Positions 1 to 9,529 of a stretch of 64,000 nt of DNA are shown here, piece after piece. Below the pieces are notes generated by a model that worked only from the letters and a program-made list of their open reading frames with translations, searched no databases and was not told the DNA's origin. The number at the start of each line of letters is the position of its first letter. Positions within the stretch are counted from its first letter, which is position 1. Origin of the DNA: Bacilli bacterium (lineage in GTDB: Bacteria > Bacillota_I > Bacilli_A > ML615J-28 > CAG-313); the NCBI GenBank assembly GCA_017501465.1, contig JAFVWY010000015.1, positions 107,422 to 171,421 of the forward strand. The letters run 5' to 3'. A program made the translations under genes and the position numbers.

Positions 1-1
1 T

Positions 2-76
2 ATAAAAACTGGTGATGTAATAACCCTTGATGGAGTAAAGGGGGTAGTTATAATTGAAAATAAAACAATATTATAA
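2..76 (+). CDS. 3' end of a truncated upstream CDS; C-terminus resembles a PEP-utilising-enzyme mobile (swivel) domain
   Basis: Frame 2 reads IKTGDVITLDGVKGVVIIENKTIL-stop. The GD-I-T-DG-x-G-V pattern recalls the end of PEP-utiliser swivel domains. Only 24 codons are visible. Confidence 0.3.
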   Translation: MKTGDVITLDGVKGVVIIENKTIL

Positions 77-1112
77 AAATAGGAATTATATTCATTATAG
101 TAATTGTCATGAAGATGCAAATATGATTATTAATTATGCTAATGATAACATTAATAATATTTTGTCGATTGCATCTGGAGGAGATAATAGTTTTGCGTGT
201 TTATTATTAAACCCAAATAAAGTAATTTCTATTGATTCTAATATTACACAAGTATATTTAGTTGAACTTAAAAAAACAGCTATTAAATTCTTACAGTATG
301 AAGAATACCTTATTTTATTAGGTGTTAGAGAAGGGAATAGTTTATATTATTATAATAAAATAAAGCAATATTTATCTAAAGATGTTGTTGATTATTTTGA
401 TAACAATATTTTCTTAATAAAGGATGTTAAATTATTAAATTGTGGGAGATTTGAATATTATTTTAATATTTTCAGCAAGAAAATCTTACCTTTGATTCAC
501 AGTAAAAAAATTATTGATAAATTTATGAATTGTACTACATTAGAAGAACAACAAGATTTTTACATAAAAAAGTTTAATAATTTTAGGTTTAAGTTATTAT
601 TCAAGGTGTTTTTTTCTAAATTTATTATGAAACGTTTAGGTAGGGATAAGGAGTATTTTAAATATAATAATGGTCAACTATCTAAAATATTAAAAAATCG
701 ATTTGAATTTGGTATTTTTAGTAACTTAAACAAAACAAATCCCTACTTACAATATGTTATTTATAATAATTATTTAGAAATGCCTCTATACTTGAAAAAA
801 GAAAATTTTGAAATGATTAAAAATAACATAGATAAGATTGAAGTTAGATGTATAAGTTTAGATGAAGCATTAAATTTAGAATATAATTATGATTTTATGA
901 ATTTATCAGATGTGTTTGAATATCTAGATAATAGTTTGATGGAAAAATATGAAGAGGCATTATTTAATAAATTAAATGATCATGGTCGAATCATTTATTG
1001 GAATATGCAGAATACTCGAGTATTTTCACATAAATTAATAAGAATTAATACAAATCTTAAAAATGATAGAGCATTTTATTATAAAGATTTATTAGTATAT
1101 GAGAAGGCATAA
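54..1112 (+). CDS. DUF3419 / BtaA-like SAM-dependent transferase family protein
   Basis: 352-aa ORF with a TTG start that overlaps the end of the upstream ORF. YSNCHED and ILSIASGGDN (Rossmann-like SAM-binding loop) resemble DUF3419/BtaA family signatures as I remember them. Confidence 0.55.
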   Translation: MKIKQYYKNRNYIHYSNCHEDANMIINYANDNINNILSIASGGDNSFACLLLNPNKVISIDSNITQVYLVELKKTAIKFLQYEEYLILLGVREGNSLYYYNKIKQYLSKDVVDYFDNNIFLIKDVKLLNCGRFEYYFNIFSKKILPLIHSKKIIDKFMNCTTLEEQQDFYIKKFNNFRFKLLFKVFFSKFIMKRLGRDKEYFKYNNGQLSKILKNRFEFGIFSNLNKTNPYLQYVIYNNYLEMPLYLKKENFEMIKNNIDKIEVRCISLDEALNLEYNYDFMNLSDVFEYLDNSLMEKYEEALFNKLNDHGRIIYWNMQNTRVFSHKLIRINTNLKNDRAFYYKDLLVYEKA

Positions 1113-1115
1113 TAT

Positions 1116-2390
1116 ATGATTAATCAATTTCTTAAAACATGTGAATTAAATGATAAAAAGGATGCTTTTAGATGGATTAGGAATAATAAATTATATCGTA
1201 AAACTTTTGAAGAATTATTAGATGATGTTAATCGTTTCTGTAATCTATTTAAAAAGAATAATTTAAAAACTAGTGATAAGATCATTCTTTTTGTTAAACC
1301 ATCATATGAGATGTATGTTACAATACTTGCTAGTATGAGTTATGGGTTAAATATTGTAGTAATTGACAGTTTCAATAATTCGACTAGATTAAAAGAAATG
1401 ATAAATATAAGTAAAGCACAATATATTTTTATCAATAATGACACTAGATTAATCGCTAATTTTATCTTTGGCTCTTTTAAAAAAATTAATATCTCTCAAT
1501 TTCATAAATATTCATCTAATTTTAAGCAATATCTTTTTGAAAATAACAATATTGTGTTAACAACATTTACCTCAGGAACAACTGGTACACCAAAAATTAT
1601 TTCTAGGAGTTTTAACGATTTATCTTTACAAATTAAGTTACTAATGAAAAATTATACTCTTAACAAGGATGATGTAGTGATTAGTTTATTACCAATATAT
1701 GTATTATTATCTATATTTAATGGAAATACTACATGTATTATTAAAAATATTACTAATAAAAATGTTTTGAAACTTAATGGAAATGTGATATTAGGCAAAA
1801 TATCCAAAATTTTAAAAATTAAGCAGAAAATTAACAGTATTAAGACATTGTATCTTGGTGGGGCTTATATATATAATAATGAGGCTAAAAAGATTATCAA
1901 TACTTTTCCTGATGCAGAAATTATTTATACTTATGGTGCTAGTGAAGGTGTTACAATTGGTATAAATAGCTTAAAAGATTTTTATACTAATCATCGTTTT
2001 AAGATGGTAGATGGTCTAAAAGTAAATATTATCAACAAAATCAATGGAGTTGGTGAGATTTGTATACAAGGCGAAAGTGTACTAGGCATTAATCATTCTC
2101 ATAATACACAGGATATTGGATATTTTGAAAATGAATATTTATACATTGTTGGTAGAAAAAAATATTCCTCATTAGAGAACTTATTTTATAATTATGTAAA
2201 TGATCAACTGTTACGAGAAAAGTATTCTTTAAAAAAAGTTTATAGTCTATGGTATAATGATAAAATTTATTGTTTTAGTAATCGGAGAGTAAAAAATTCT
2301 AATATTATTAAAGTAAAGAAATTTCCATATGATTTAAAACATAAAACAAAAATTGACTATAGTAGACTAATCCAAAAGTATATTAAATAA
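1116..2390 (+). CDS. AMP-dependent synthetase/ligase (adenylate-forming enzyme), short form
   Basis: Carries TFTSGTTGTPKII, YTYGASEG and IVGRKK hinge motifs. At 424 aa it is shorter than typical acyl-CoA synthetases. Starts 3 nt after the upstream stop, with a GAGAAGG RBS. Confidence 0.8.
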   Translation: MINQFLKTCELNDKKDAFRWIRNNKLYRKTFEELLDDVNRFCNLFKKNNLKTSDKIILFVKPSYEMYVTILASMSYGLNIVVIDSFNNSTRLKEMINISKAQYIFINNDTRLIANFIFGSFKKINISQFHKYSSNFKQYLFENNNIVLTTFTSGTTGTPKIISRSFNDLSLQIKLLMKNYTLNKDDVVISLLPIYVLLSIFNGNTTCIIKNITNKNVLKLNGNVILGKISKILKIKQKINSIKTLYLGGAYIYNNEAKKIINTFPDAEIIYTYGASEGVTIGINSLKDFYTNHRFKMVDGLKVNIINKINGVGEICIQGESVLGINHSHNTQDIGYFENEYLYIVGRKKYSSLENLFYNYVNDQLLREKYSLKKVYSLWYNDKIYCFSNRRVKNSNIIKVKKFPYDLKHKTKIDYSRLIQKYIK

Positions 2391-2456
2391 AGCAATGTAT
2401 TTGTTTTTAAAATAAAAAATTGGTATAATTAAATGAATTAAAGGAGGCTAATTTTT

Positions 2457-4244
2457 ATGCGAAATGTAACAAAAGATATTTATTATGTTGGTGTTAATGA
2501 TCATCAAGTGGATCTATTTGAAGGCCAATATGTAGTTCCTAATGGAATGGCATATAATTCTTATATTATAAAAGACGAAAAAATAGCTGTTATTGATACT
2601 GTCGATAAAAACTTTACTCATGAATGGTTAGATAATGTTGCTGAAGTTTTAAATGGCAATTTACCAGACTATTTAATTGTTCAACACATGGAACCAGATC
2701 ATTCTGCCAATATTGTTAACTTTTTAAAAGTATATCCTAATACTAAAATTGTAGGGAATATTAAAACTTTCAAAATGATGGAACAATTTTTCGATACTAC
2801 TTTTGAAAATAAAGTAATTGTTAATGAATTTGATACTTTAAGTCTTGGGAAACATACGTTAACATTTGTTTTTGCTCCTATGGTGCATTGGCCTGAAGTT
2901 ATGGTTACGTATGATTCTTTGGATAAAGTTTTATTCTCTGCTGATGGTTTTGGTAAGTTTGGAGCATTAGATGTTGAAGAAGATTGGGCGTGTGAGGCTA
3001 GAAGATATTATTTTGGGATTGTAGGTAAATATGGTGCACAAGTGCAAGCTTTACTAAAAAAAGCTGCCACTATTGATATTGAAATTATTTGTCCATTACA
3101 TGGTCCAATTTTAAAAGAAAATTTAGGTTATTACATTGGTTTATACGATAAATGGTCTAGATATGAACCTGAAGAAGAAGGTATTGTAATTGCTTATACT
3201 TCCGTTTATGGAAACACTAAAGCTGCAGTATTACAACTTGCTGAAAAACTAAAAGCAAATGGTTGCCCTAAAGTCGTTGTTAATGATCTTGCAAGATGTG
3301 ATATGGCAGAAGCTGTTGAAGATGCCTTTAGATATGATAAGCTTGTTTTAGCAACTACTACTTATAATTCAGAAATTTTCCCATTTATGAGAGAATTTAT
3401 TAATCATTTAGTTGAAAGAAATTACTGTAATAGAACAATTGCTTTTATTGAAAATGGAACATGGGCACCAATGGCAACTAAGGTTATGCGACAAATGTTA
3501 GAAAATAGTAAGAATATCAAGTATTGTGAAAATAATGTTCGTATAATGTCTAGTTTAAATAGTGATAGTCGTATGCAATTAGATAATCTTGTAAATGAAT
3601 TAACTAAAGAATATCTTGCAATCGAAGGGGTTAATGTTAATAAGAATGACCCAACTGCATTATTTAATATTGGATATGGTTTATATGTGGTAACATCAAA
3701 TGATGGTAAAAAAGATAATGGATTAATTGTTAATACTGTTACTCAACTTACTAGTCAACCTAATCGCGTTGCGGTAACTATCAACAAACAAAACTATTCA
3801 CATCATGTAATTAGCCAAACTAAAAAAATGAATGTTAATTGTTTAACAGTTGATGCTCCATTTAAAATCTTTGAACAATTTGGTTTCGTTAGTGGTAGAA
3901 ATGTAGATAAGTTTGCTGATGGTAACTATAAACGTAGCGATAATGGTTTAATTTTCTTACCAAAATACATTAACGCATTCTTATCTTTAAAAGTAGAAGA
4001 TTATATTGATTTAGATACACATGGTATGTTCATATGTAGTGTAGTTGAATCGCGAGTTATTAACAATTTAGAAACAATGACTTATTCATATTATCAAAAT
4101 TACGTTAAACCAAAACCTGAAATCAAAACAACTACCGGTTATGTATGTAAGATTTGTGGTTATGTATATGAAGGTGAAGAGTTACCTGAGGATTATATTT
4201 GTCCATTATGTAAACATGGTGCCCAAGATTTTGAAAAAATTTAA
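2457..4244 (+). CDS. Multidomain flavodiiron protein (diiron MBL + flavodoxin + flavin-reductase-like + rubredoxin-like domains)
   Basis: Diiron motif HMEPDH at 2685-2702. Flavodoxin signature IVIAYTSVYGNTK. A Flavin_Reduct-like block (GLYVVTSNDGKKDNGLIVNTVTQ). C-terminal CKIC-x14-CPLC. AGGAGG RBS. Confidence 0.9.
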   Translation: MRNVTKDIYYVGVNDHQVDLFEGQYVVPNGMAYNSYIIKDEKIAVIDTVDKNFTHEWLDNVAEVLNGNLPDYLIVQHMEPDHSANIVNFLKVYPNTKIVGNIKTFKMMEQFFDTTFENKVIVNEFDTLSLGKHTLTFVFAPMVHWPEVMVTYDSLDKVLFSADGFGKFGALDVEEDWACEARRYYFGIVGKYGAQVQALLKKAATIDIEIICPLHGPILKENLGYYIGLYDKWSRYEPEEEGIVIAYTSVYGNTKAAVLQLAEKLKANGCPKVVVNDLARCDMAEAVEDAFRYDKLVLATTTYNSEIFPFMREFINHLVERNYCNRTIAFIENGTWAPMATKVMRQMLENSKNIKYCENNVRIMSSLNSDSRMQLDNLVNELTKEYLAIEGVNVNKNDPTALFNIGYGLYVVTSNDGKKDNGLIVNTVTQLTSQPNRVAVTINKQNYSHHVISQTKKMNVNCLTVDAPFKIFEQFGFVSGRNVDKFADGNYKRSDNGLIFLPKYINAFLSLKVEDYIDLDTHGMFICSVVESRVINNLETMTYSYYQNYVKPKPEIKTTTGYVCKICGYVYEGEELPEDYICPLCKHGAQDFEKI

Positions 4245-4259
4245 AGATAGAGGTGAAAT

Positions 4260-4418
4260 ATGAAAAAATATGTATGTCAAGTATGTGGCTTTATTTATGA
4301 TGAAGAATTAGGCCTACCTGAACAAGGTATCGCTCCTGGAACAAAATTTGAAGATTTACCAGAAGATTTTGAATGTCCATTATGTGGAGTAGGTAAAGAA
4401 CATTTTGAAGAAGAATAA
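4260..4418 (+). CDS. Rubredoxin (52 aa; absent from the ORF track)
   Basis: Translates to [52 protein letters not shown], with canonical CxxCG-x29-CPxCG. GAGGTG RBS. Starts 15 nt after the FDP stop. Confidence 0.9.
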   Translation: MKKYVCQVCGFIYDEELGLPEQGIAPGTKFEDLPEDFECPLCGVGKEHFEEE

Positions 4419-4422
4419 AAAT

Positions 4423-4462
4423 AAAAGATACATTTAAACTAAGTTTAAATGTATCTTTTTTT
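4423..4462. terminator. Bidirectional rho-independent terminator between convergent genes
   Basis: Perfect 14-bp stem, agatacatttaaac (4426-4439) with gtttaaatgtatct (4443-4456), and a 3-nt loop. Flanked by an A-run and a T-run. Confidence 0.8.
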
Positions 4463-5393
4463 AATCTTTATTTAAAGTGATAAATAATGAGACCTCATTA
4501 ATTGTTTCATAACGGATAGTTTCATTAATTGTAAAAATATATTTTTGATAGTCTGTTTGTAAAATAGTAACCAAAGGATTGGCATCTTTTAAATTTTTAA
4601 AAGTATCATAATTATCTAGCCATCGATTAGTATTAGTAATAACCACATAGTCTGCTTGTAATAACTGACAAAGTTTATCAGTATTTGTACCACCACCACC
4701 ATGATGACATGATTTATAAAGATGAATTTTATCAATTTGATACTTAGAATAAATTTTATTAATCATTTTAATAGATAGCTCTTTTAAATTAGTAATATCT
4801 GTTTGTGAACATGTTACATCACCACCTAAAAAAATGTTGTATTGGCCGTATTTGATAAAAATACCAACAGAATCAAAGTTTTCATTAAATCTTTTTTGTT
4901 GATAGAACTCTGATTTAGGATCGTTATACATATTATATAGTCTATTTTTGATATCAAAGACATCAAGTTTGATACCCTCAAAATCAATTTCTAGACTATC
5001 TTGATCTAATTCATCCATAAAACAAATAGAAGTATTATTAAGTTTTGCTGAATTTAAAATTTCGTAATAGTTTTTAAACTCATTTTCAATATATTCCTCA
5101 TTTGATTGATATCCACTAGAAGTTGTCCCGTCTAATCCATAATAGTGCTTTAAATAGATTTTCTTGACATTAAAGTTGTTAATTAATTTACTTAAATTGC
5201 CATAGTGATCAGTATGAAAATGAGTTAAAATAATAAAATCAATATTTATGACATTAAGTTTCTTTAAATGTTCTTCAACCATTGGATAGTAAAAAGAACT
5301 ACCAGTGTCCACTAAACCATAATGATTATTACATTCAATAACTATTGCGTCACTCCAAATGGTATTCAAAAAGTGTATTTTTAAATCTTTCAT
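4461..5393 (-). CDS. MBL-fold metallo-hydrolase (ComEC-type beta-lactamase-like domain)
   Basis: HFHTDHYG zinc motif, and GLVDTG near the N-terminus. 310 aa. Confidence 0.75.
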   Translation of the reverse strand: MKDLKIHFLNTIWSDAIVIECNNHYGLVDTGSSFYYPMVEEHLKKLNVINIDFIILTHFHTDHYGNLSKLINNFNVKKIYLKHYYGLDGTTSSGYQSNEEYIENEFKNYYEILNSAKLNNTSICFMDELDQDSLEIDFEGIKLDVFDIKNRLYNMYNDPKSEFYQQKRFNENFDSVGIFIKYGQYNIFLGGDVTCSQTDITNLKELSIKMINKIYSKYQIDKIHLYKSCHHGGGGTNTDKLCQLLQADYVVITNTNRWLDNYDTFKNLKDANPLVTILQTDYQKYIFTINETIRYETINEVSLFITLNKD

Positions 5394-5499
5394 AATATTT
5401 ACCTCATTTAATTATAACAAAAAAAAGATATTTTGTACATTAATCTAAACATTTAAAGGTTGACTAACGTATAATAAAGTAGATTAGGGAGGGGATAGA

Positions 5500-6246
5500 G
5501 TGGAAGAAGTTTTTAACATTGAAAATGTCAAGAAGACTTTTTATGATAAAAACAGTTCGTTAATGGTGTTAGATAATTTAAGTTTAAAAGGATATAAAAA
5601 AGAAATAATTGGTATAATCGGTCCTAGTGGTAGTGGAAAGTCAACTATCTTAAATATTTTATCTAACCTTTTAAAAATAGACGAGGGGACTGTTAAAGTA
5701 AATGGTAAAGTCGGTTATATGTTTCAAAGAGATCACTTGTTAGAGTGGAGAAATATTTATGATAATATATTATTTGGTTTAGAAATTGAAAAAAATTTAA
5801 CTACATCTAATAAGTCTAATGCGGTTAGTTTATTAGAAAAATATGGCTTAAAGGATTTTATTCATGCTTATCCTAAACAATTATCGGGCGGAATGAGACA
5901 AAGGATATCTTTGATTAGAACTTTAAGTATTAAACCAGACTTATTATTATTAGATGAGCCATTCTCTGCTTTAGATTATCAAACCAGAATTAATATTTGC
6001 GATGATGTTTATAAAATGATTAAAGATCAAAACATTTGTAGTGTATTAGTTACTCATGATATTGGTGAGGCTATATCTATGTGTGATAAAGTAGTTATTT
6101 TATCTAATAGACCAGCAAAAATTAAGAAAATATACGATTTTACCGAAACGTTTGACGATGTTAAAACTCCTTTTGAAAGACGAACTCATCCTCTTTTTAA
6201 TCGCTTTTTTAATGAAATATGGCAAGAATTAAGTGATCAAAAATGA
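5500..6246 (+). CDS. ABC transporter ATP-binding protein (NitT/TauT family)
   Basis: Walker A GPSGSGKST, signature LSGGMRQR, Walker B LLLLDEP. GTG start with a GGGAGGGG RBS. Confidence 0.9.
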   Translation: MEEVFNIENVKKTFYDKNSSLMVLDNLSLKGYKKEIIGIIGPSGSGKSTILNILSNLLKIDEGTVKVNGKVGYMFQRDHLLEWRNIYDNILFGLEIEKNLTTSNKSNAVSLLEKYGLKDFIHAYPKQLSGGMRQRISLIRTLSIKPDLLLLDEPFSALDYQTRINICDDVYKMIKDQNICSVLVTHDIGEAISMCDKVVILSNRPAKIKKIYDFTETFDDVKTPFERRTHPLFNRFFNEIWQELSDQK

Positions 6247-7025
6247 ATTCATATCAAAAAGCATTAAGAATAAACAAAAGAAAAGTTCTTTTAACCCAAA
6301 TTATTTTATTTGTTTTATTTGTATTATTATGGGAATTATTATCTCAAATTGGTTTAATTAATGATTTTTTATTTAGTTCACCTAGTAAAATTATCAAATT
6401 ATTAATTAGTTATTTTAAATCTAATGAGATTTATAAACATATAATGATCTCATTATTTGAAACAATTATAGGATTAATTATTGGTACCGTATTTGGTATT
6501 TTATTTGGAATAGTGTTTTGGTGGAATAAATTTTTATCTAAAGTGTTTGATCCTTTTTTAGTTGTATTAAACGCATTACCGAAAACTGCACTCGCGCCAA
6601 TACTAATTATTTGGGCAGGAACAGGGGTATTTGGAATTATAGTTGTTTCTGTTTCAATTTCATTAATACTAACAATTATTAGTTCCTATAATTATTTTAA
6701 AAATATAGATGAAGAAAAAATTTTAATGTTGAAGTCATTTGGAGCAAATAGGTTACAAATTCTTTTTAAACTAGTAATTCCTTATAATATTCCAAATTTA
6801 ATTAATTTAATCAAGATTAATATTGGAATGACTTGGGTTGGAGTAATTGTAGGTGAATTCTTAGTATCAAGAATGGGAATTGGATATTTAATAATGTATG
6901 GGTCTCAAGTGTTTAAAATGGATTTAGTGATGATGGGTGTCATTATTCTTGCGGTTATCGCATTTATTATGTATGAAATTGTTAATATAATTGAAAAGAA
7001 AATTAGAAAAAATAGGGGGATATAG
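6243..7025 (+). CDS. ABC transporter permease (NitT/TauT family)
   Basis: About 6 TM helices with an EAA-like loop. 4-nt overlap with the upstream ATPase gene. Confidence 0.85.
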   Translation: MNSYQKALRINKRKVLLTQIILFVLFVLLWELLSQIGLINDFLFSSPSKIIKLLISYFKSNEIYKHIMISLFETIIGLIIGTVFGILFGIVFWWNKFLSKVFDPFLVVLNALPKTALAPILIIWAGTGVFGIIVVSVSISLILTIISSYNYFKNIDEEKILMLKSFGANRLQILFKLVIPYNIPNLINLIKINIGMTWVGVIVGEFLVSRMGIGYLIMYGSQVFKMDLVMMGVIILAVIAFIMYEIVNIIEKKIRKNRGI

Positions 7026-8011
7026 TGAAAAAGATTTTATATTTGTTATTTATTTTGATGTTATCAATTACAGTTTATGGTTGTGGTGATGACAAACTAG
7101 ATAAAGTTAAAGTGGCAGAAGTAACTCACTCAGTATTTTATGCACCTCAATATGTAGCAATTAATTTAGGTTATTTTAAAGAAGAGGGTATCGAAATAGA
7201 GTTAATTAATGCCGGTGGGGCAGACAAGGTTATGGCTGCATTATTATCTAATGATATTCAAGTGGGTTTTTCAGGACCTGAAGCTACTATTTATGTATAT
7301 AATAATGGTCAAACTAATTACATGATAAATTTTTGTCAATTAACTAAACGTGATGGTAGCTTTATTGTATCAAGAAAACAAGAAGATAATTTTACTTTAG
7401 AAAATCTTAAAGGGAAATCTATTTTAGGTGGTAGAGCTGGTGGAGTGCCACTGATGAATTTAGAATATGTTTTAAAAGAAGCAGGTTTGACAGTAGGAAG
7501 AGATAAGGCTGGGTATGATGTTTTAGTCAGAACAGATATTCAATTTAACGCCATGGCAGGAGCTTTTATTCAAGGAGAAGCGGATTATACTACTTTATTT
7601 GAACCTACTGCTTTAGCTTTGGAGAAGGAAAAACAAGGTTATGTGGTAACATCCGTTGGTAAATATTCACCAGAAGTTCCATTTACATCATATTATACTA
7701 CCAAGGAATTTTTGGAAGATAATGAAGATTTAATACAAAGATTTACTAATGCGATATATAAAGCACAACAATTTGTTATAAATAGTAGTGATGAAGAGGT
7801 AGCAAAAGCAATTCATCCGTCATTTAGTGATATTAGTTTAGAAGATTTAACAATTGTTGTAAAAAGATATCGAGAAGCTGATGTGTGGTGTAGCAGTCCT
7901 TACTTTAGTTTAGATGGTTTTAATCGTTTAATGGATATTATGGAAGAAGCTAATGAGTTAGAAAAAAGGGCAGACTATAATAAAATAGTGACAAATAAAT
8001 TTTGTGAATAA
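7025..8011 (+). CDS. ABC substrate-binding lipoprotein (NMT1/THI5-like, SsuA/TauA-type)
   Basis: Signal peptide with lipobox TVYGC. The size and the AEVTHSVFYAPQYVA N-terminal motif are typical of NMT1-like binding proteins. Overlaps the permease stop. Confidence 0.8.
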   Translation: MKKILYLLFILMLSITVYGCGDDKLDKVKVAEVTHSVFYAPQYVAINLGYFKEEGIEIELINAGGADKVMAALLSNDIQVGFSGPEATIYVYNNGQTNYMINFCQLTKRDGSFIVSRKQEDNFTLENLKGKSILGGRAGGVPLMNLEYVLKEAGLTVGRDKAGYDVLVRTDIQFNAMAGAFIQGEADYTTLFEPTALALEKEKQGYVVTSVGKYSPEVPFTSYYTTKEFLEDNEDLIQRFTNAIYKAQQFVINSSDEEVAKAIHPSFSDISLEDLTIVVKRYREADVWCSSPYFSLDGFNRLMDIMEEANELEKRADYNKIVTNKFCE

Positions 8012-8020
8012 TACTTTTTG

Positions 8021-8049
8021 TTGCTGAATATTTGTTTTTATTATATAAT
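8021..8049 (+). promoter_or_regulatory. Sigma-A-type promoter
   Basis: TTGCTG (8021-8026), 17-nt spacer, TATAAT (8044-8049), upstream of the 8077 ORF. Confidence 0.5.
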
Positions 8050-8076
8050 ACTAGTATAAAGAATAAGGAGACAAAT

Positions 8077-8532
8077 ATGAATATTTGGGATCAAGCAAAA
8101 AAAGTAGAGTTAAATATTAATCAAGATATTAGTAGTGGATTTGATATTGTTATCAAAAAAGGAATCAATGATGAATTAACACAAGAATTGGTAAAATTTT
8201 TGGGTTGGGTAGAAGAAAACTATCAAGTTCCAATTATGGTTTTAGTTGATTTTGTTAATAATTATTATTGTTTAAATCAATCTAAGAAACGTTGTGGATA
8301 TTTATTTTATTATGAGGATTTTAAAGATTATCCAAATTTTAATAATATTGAAGATTTACCATATATTATATTACCTTGTAAGGGATATAATGAAAAATGG
8401 TCATTGAAAGATATCATTGGTTCTTTAATTGATGCCTTAACAGATTATTATGTTTGGCTTTTAAATAAATCTTTTACAGACAAAGAGATTTTAGATACTG
8501 TTGAAGAAATTATTAATAGATATTTTGATTAA
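8077..8532 (+). CDS. Hypothetical acidic cytoplasmic protein (151 aa)
   Basis: Start moved to the ATG at 8077, which has an AAGGAG RBS. The track start at 8032 lies inside the promoter. No motif recognised. Confidence 0.6.
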   Translation: MNIWDQAKKVELNINQDISSGFDIVIKKGINDELTQELVKFLGWVEENYQVPIMVLVDFVNNYYCLNQSKKRCGYLFYYEDFKDYPNFNNIEDLPYIILPCKGYNEKWSLKDIIGSLIDALTDYYVWLLNKSFTDKEILDTVEEIINRYFD

Positions 8533-8534
8533 TT

Positions 8535-8560
8535 AAGGAGGACTATGTCCTCTTTTTTTG
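8535..8560 (+). terminator. Rho-independent terminator
   Basis: aggaggac / gtcctctt stem (8 bp, one G-U) with a 3-nt loop, followed by a T7 run. Confidence 0.6.
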
Positions 8561-8567
8561 TATTTCT

Positions 8568-8596
8568 TTGACAAATTATAAGTATTTTGGTAGAAT
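8568..8596 (+). promoter_or_regulatory. Sigma-A-type promoter with extended -10
   Basis: TTGACA (8568-8573), 17-nt spacer, TGgTAGAAT (8588-8596). Confidence 0.55.
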
Positions 8597-8617
8597 ATGA
8601 TAAATTAGGAGTTTGTT

Positions 8618-9529
8618 ATGAAACATTTTTTTATATTGAATCCTGCATCAGGACCAAAGGATAGAACACAAGAATTAATAAAAGAAATTGAATTGATATT
8701 TAAAGAGCGAGACGATTCATACGAAATATATGTTACTAAAGGGCCAAAAGATTCATTTACTATTGCCAGTTTAAAGTCAAAAAATTTAACGGAAGAAACT
8801 ATTTTTTATGCATGTGGTGGAGATGGTACTAGTTTTGATGTTATTAATGGAATTGCAGGCGTTAAAAATGCATATTTTGCTGTATATCCAATTGGCTCAT
8901 GTAATGATTTTTTAAAAACATTCCCTGAGTATGATTTTAAAGATTTAAAAAGTTTAGTTAATGGTACTTTTAAAGGGATTGATATTGGAAAAGCTAATGA
9001 ATATTACTATTTAAACGAGATAAATATTGGCTTTGATGCTAGAGTTAATGATGATTGTAATAATTCAAAATACAAAGCTATTAATGTAAAAAAAGCATAC
9101 AATAAAGCAGTTATTAAAAACTTCTTTCGATTCAAAACACAAACTATTAAAATTACTTCAAATAATAAAGAAATTATCAATGAGAAGTTATTACTTTTAG
9201 TTTTCGCAAATGGAAAGTATTATGGTAGCAAATATAATTGTGCTCCTTATGCTAATCCATCAGATGGGGTAATGGACTTAATTTCTGTTAAAAAGGTTTC
9301 AAGATTTAAGTTTTTAAATTTAATCGGTAAATACGAAAAAGGGTTACATCTTGATAATCCTAAATTTAAAAAGATTGTAGAATGGCACAAATTAAATAAT
9401 ATTGAAATTGAAAGTAATGAAGACATGGTTACTTGTCTTGATGGAGAAATTTTTCATTGGAAAAAAATTAATATTCAAGTTTTAAAACATGGAATTCAAA
9501 TGTTATTTCCCAAGGTGAATAATGAGTAA
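8618..9529 (+). CDS. Diacylglycerol/lipid kinase family protein (YegS/BmrU-like)
   Basis: ACGGDGT catalytic-domain motif. 303 aa. Confidence 0.85.
   Translation: MKHFFILNPASGPKDRTQELIKEIELIFKERDDSYEIYVTKGPKDSFTIASLKSKNLTEETIFYACGGDGTSFDVINGIAGVKNAYFAVYPIGSCNDFLKTFPEYDFKDLKSLVNGTFKGIDIGKANEYYYLNEINIGFDARVNDDCNNSKYKAINVKKAYNKAVIKNFFRFKTQTIKITSNNKEIINEKLLLLVFANGKYYGSKYNCAPYANPSDGVMDLISVKKVSRFKFLNLIGKYEKGLHLDNPKFKKIVEWHKLNNIEIESNEDMVTCLDGEIFHWKKINIQVLKHGIQMLFPKVNNE

Noticed and set aside
5394-5499. Looked for a TPP riboswitch upstream of the NMT1/THI5-like ABC transporter.
   Set aside because: The region is 106 nt including the divergent promoter area, and it lacks the conserved CUGAGA and ACCUGA elements.
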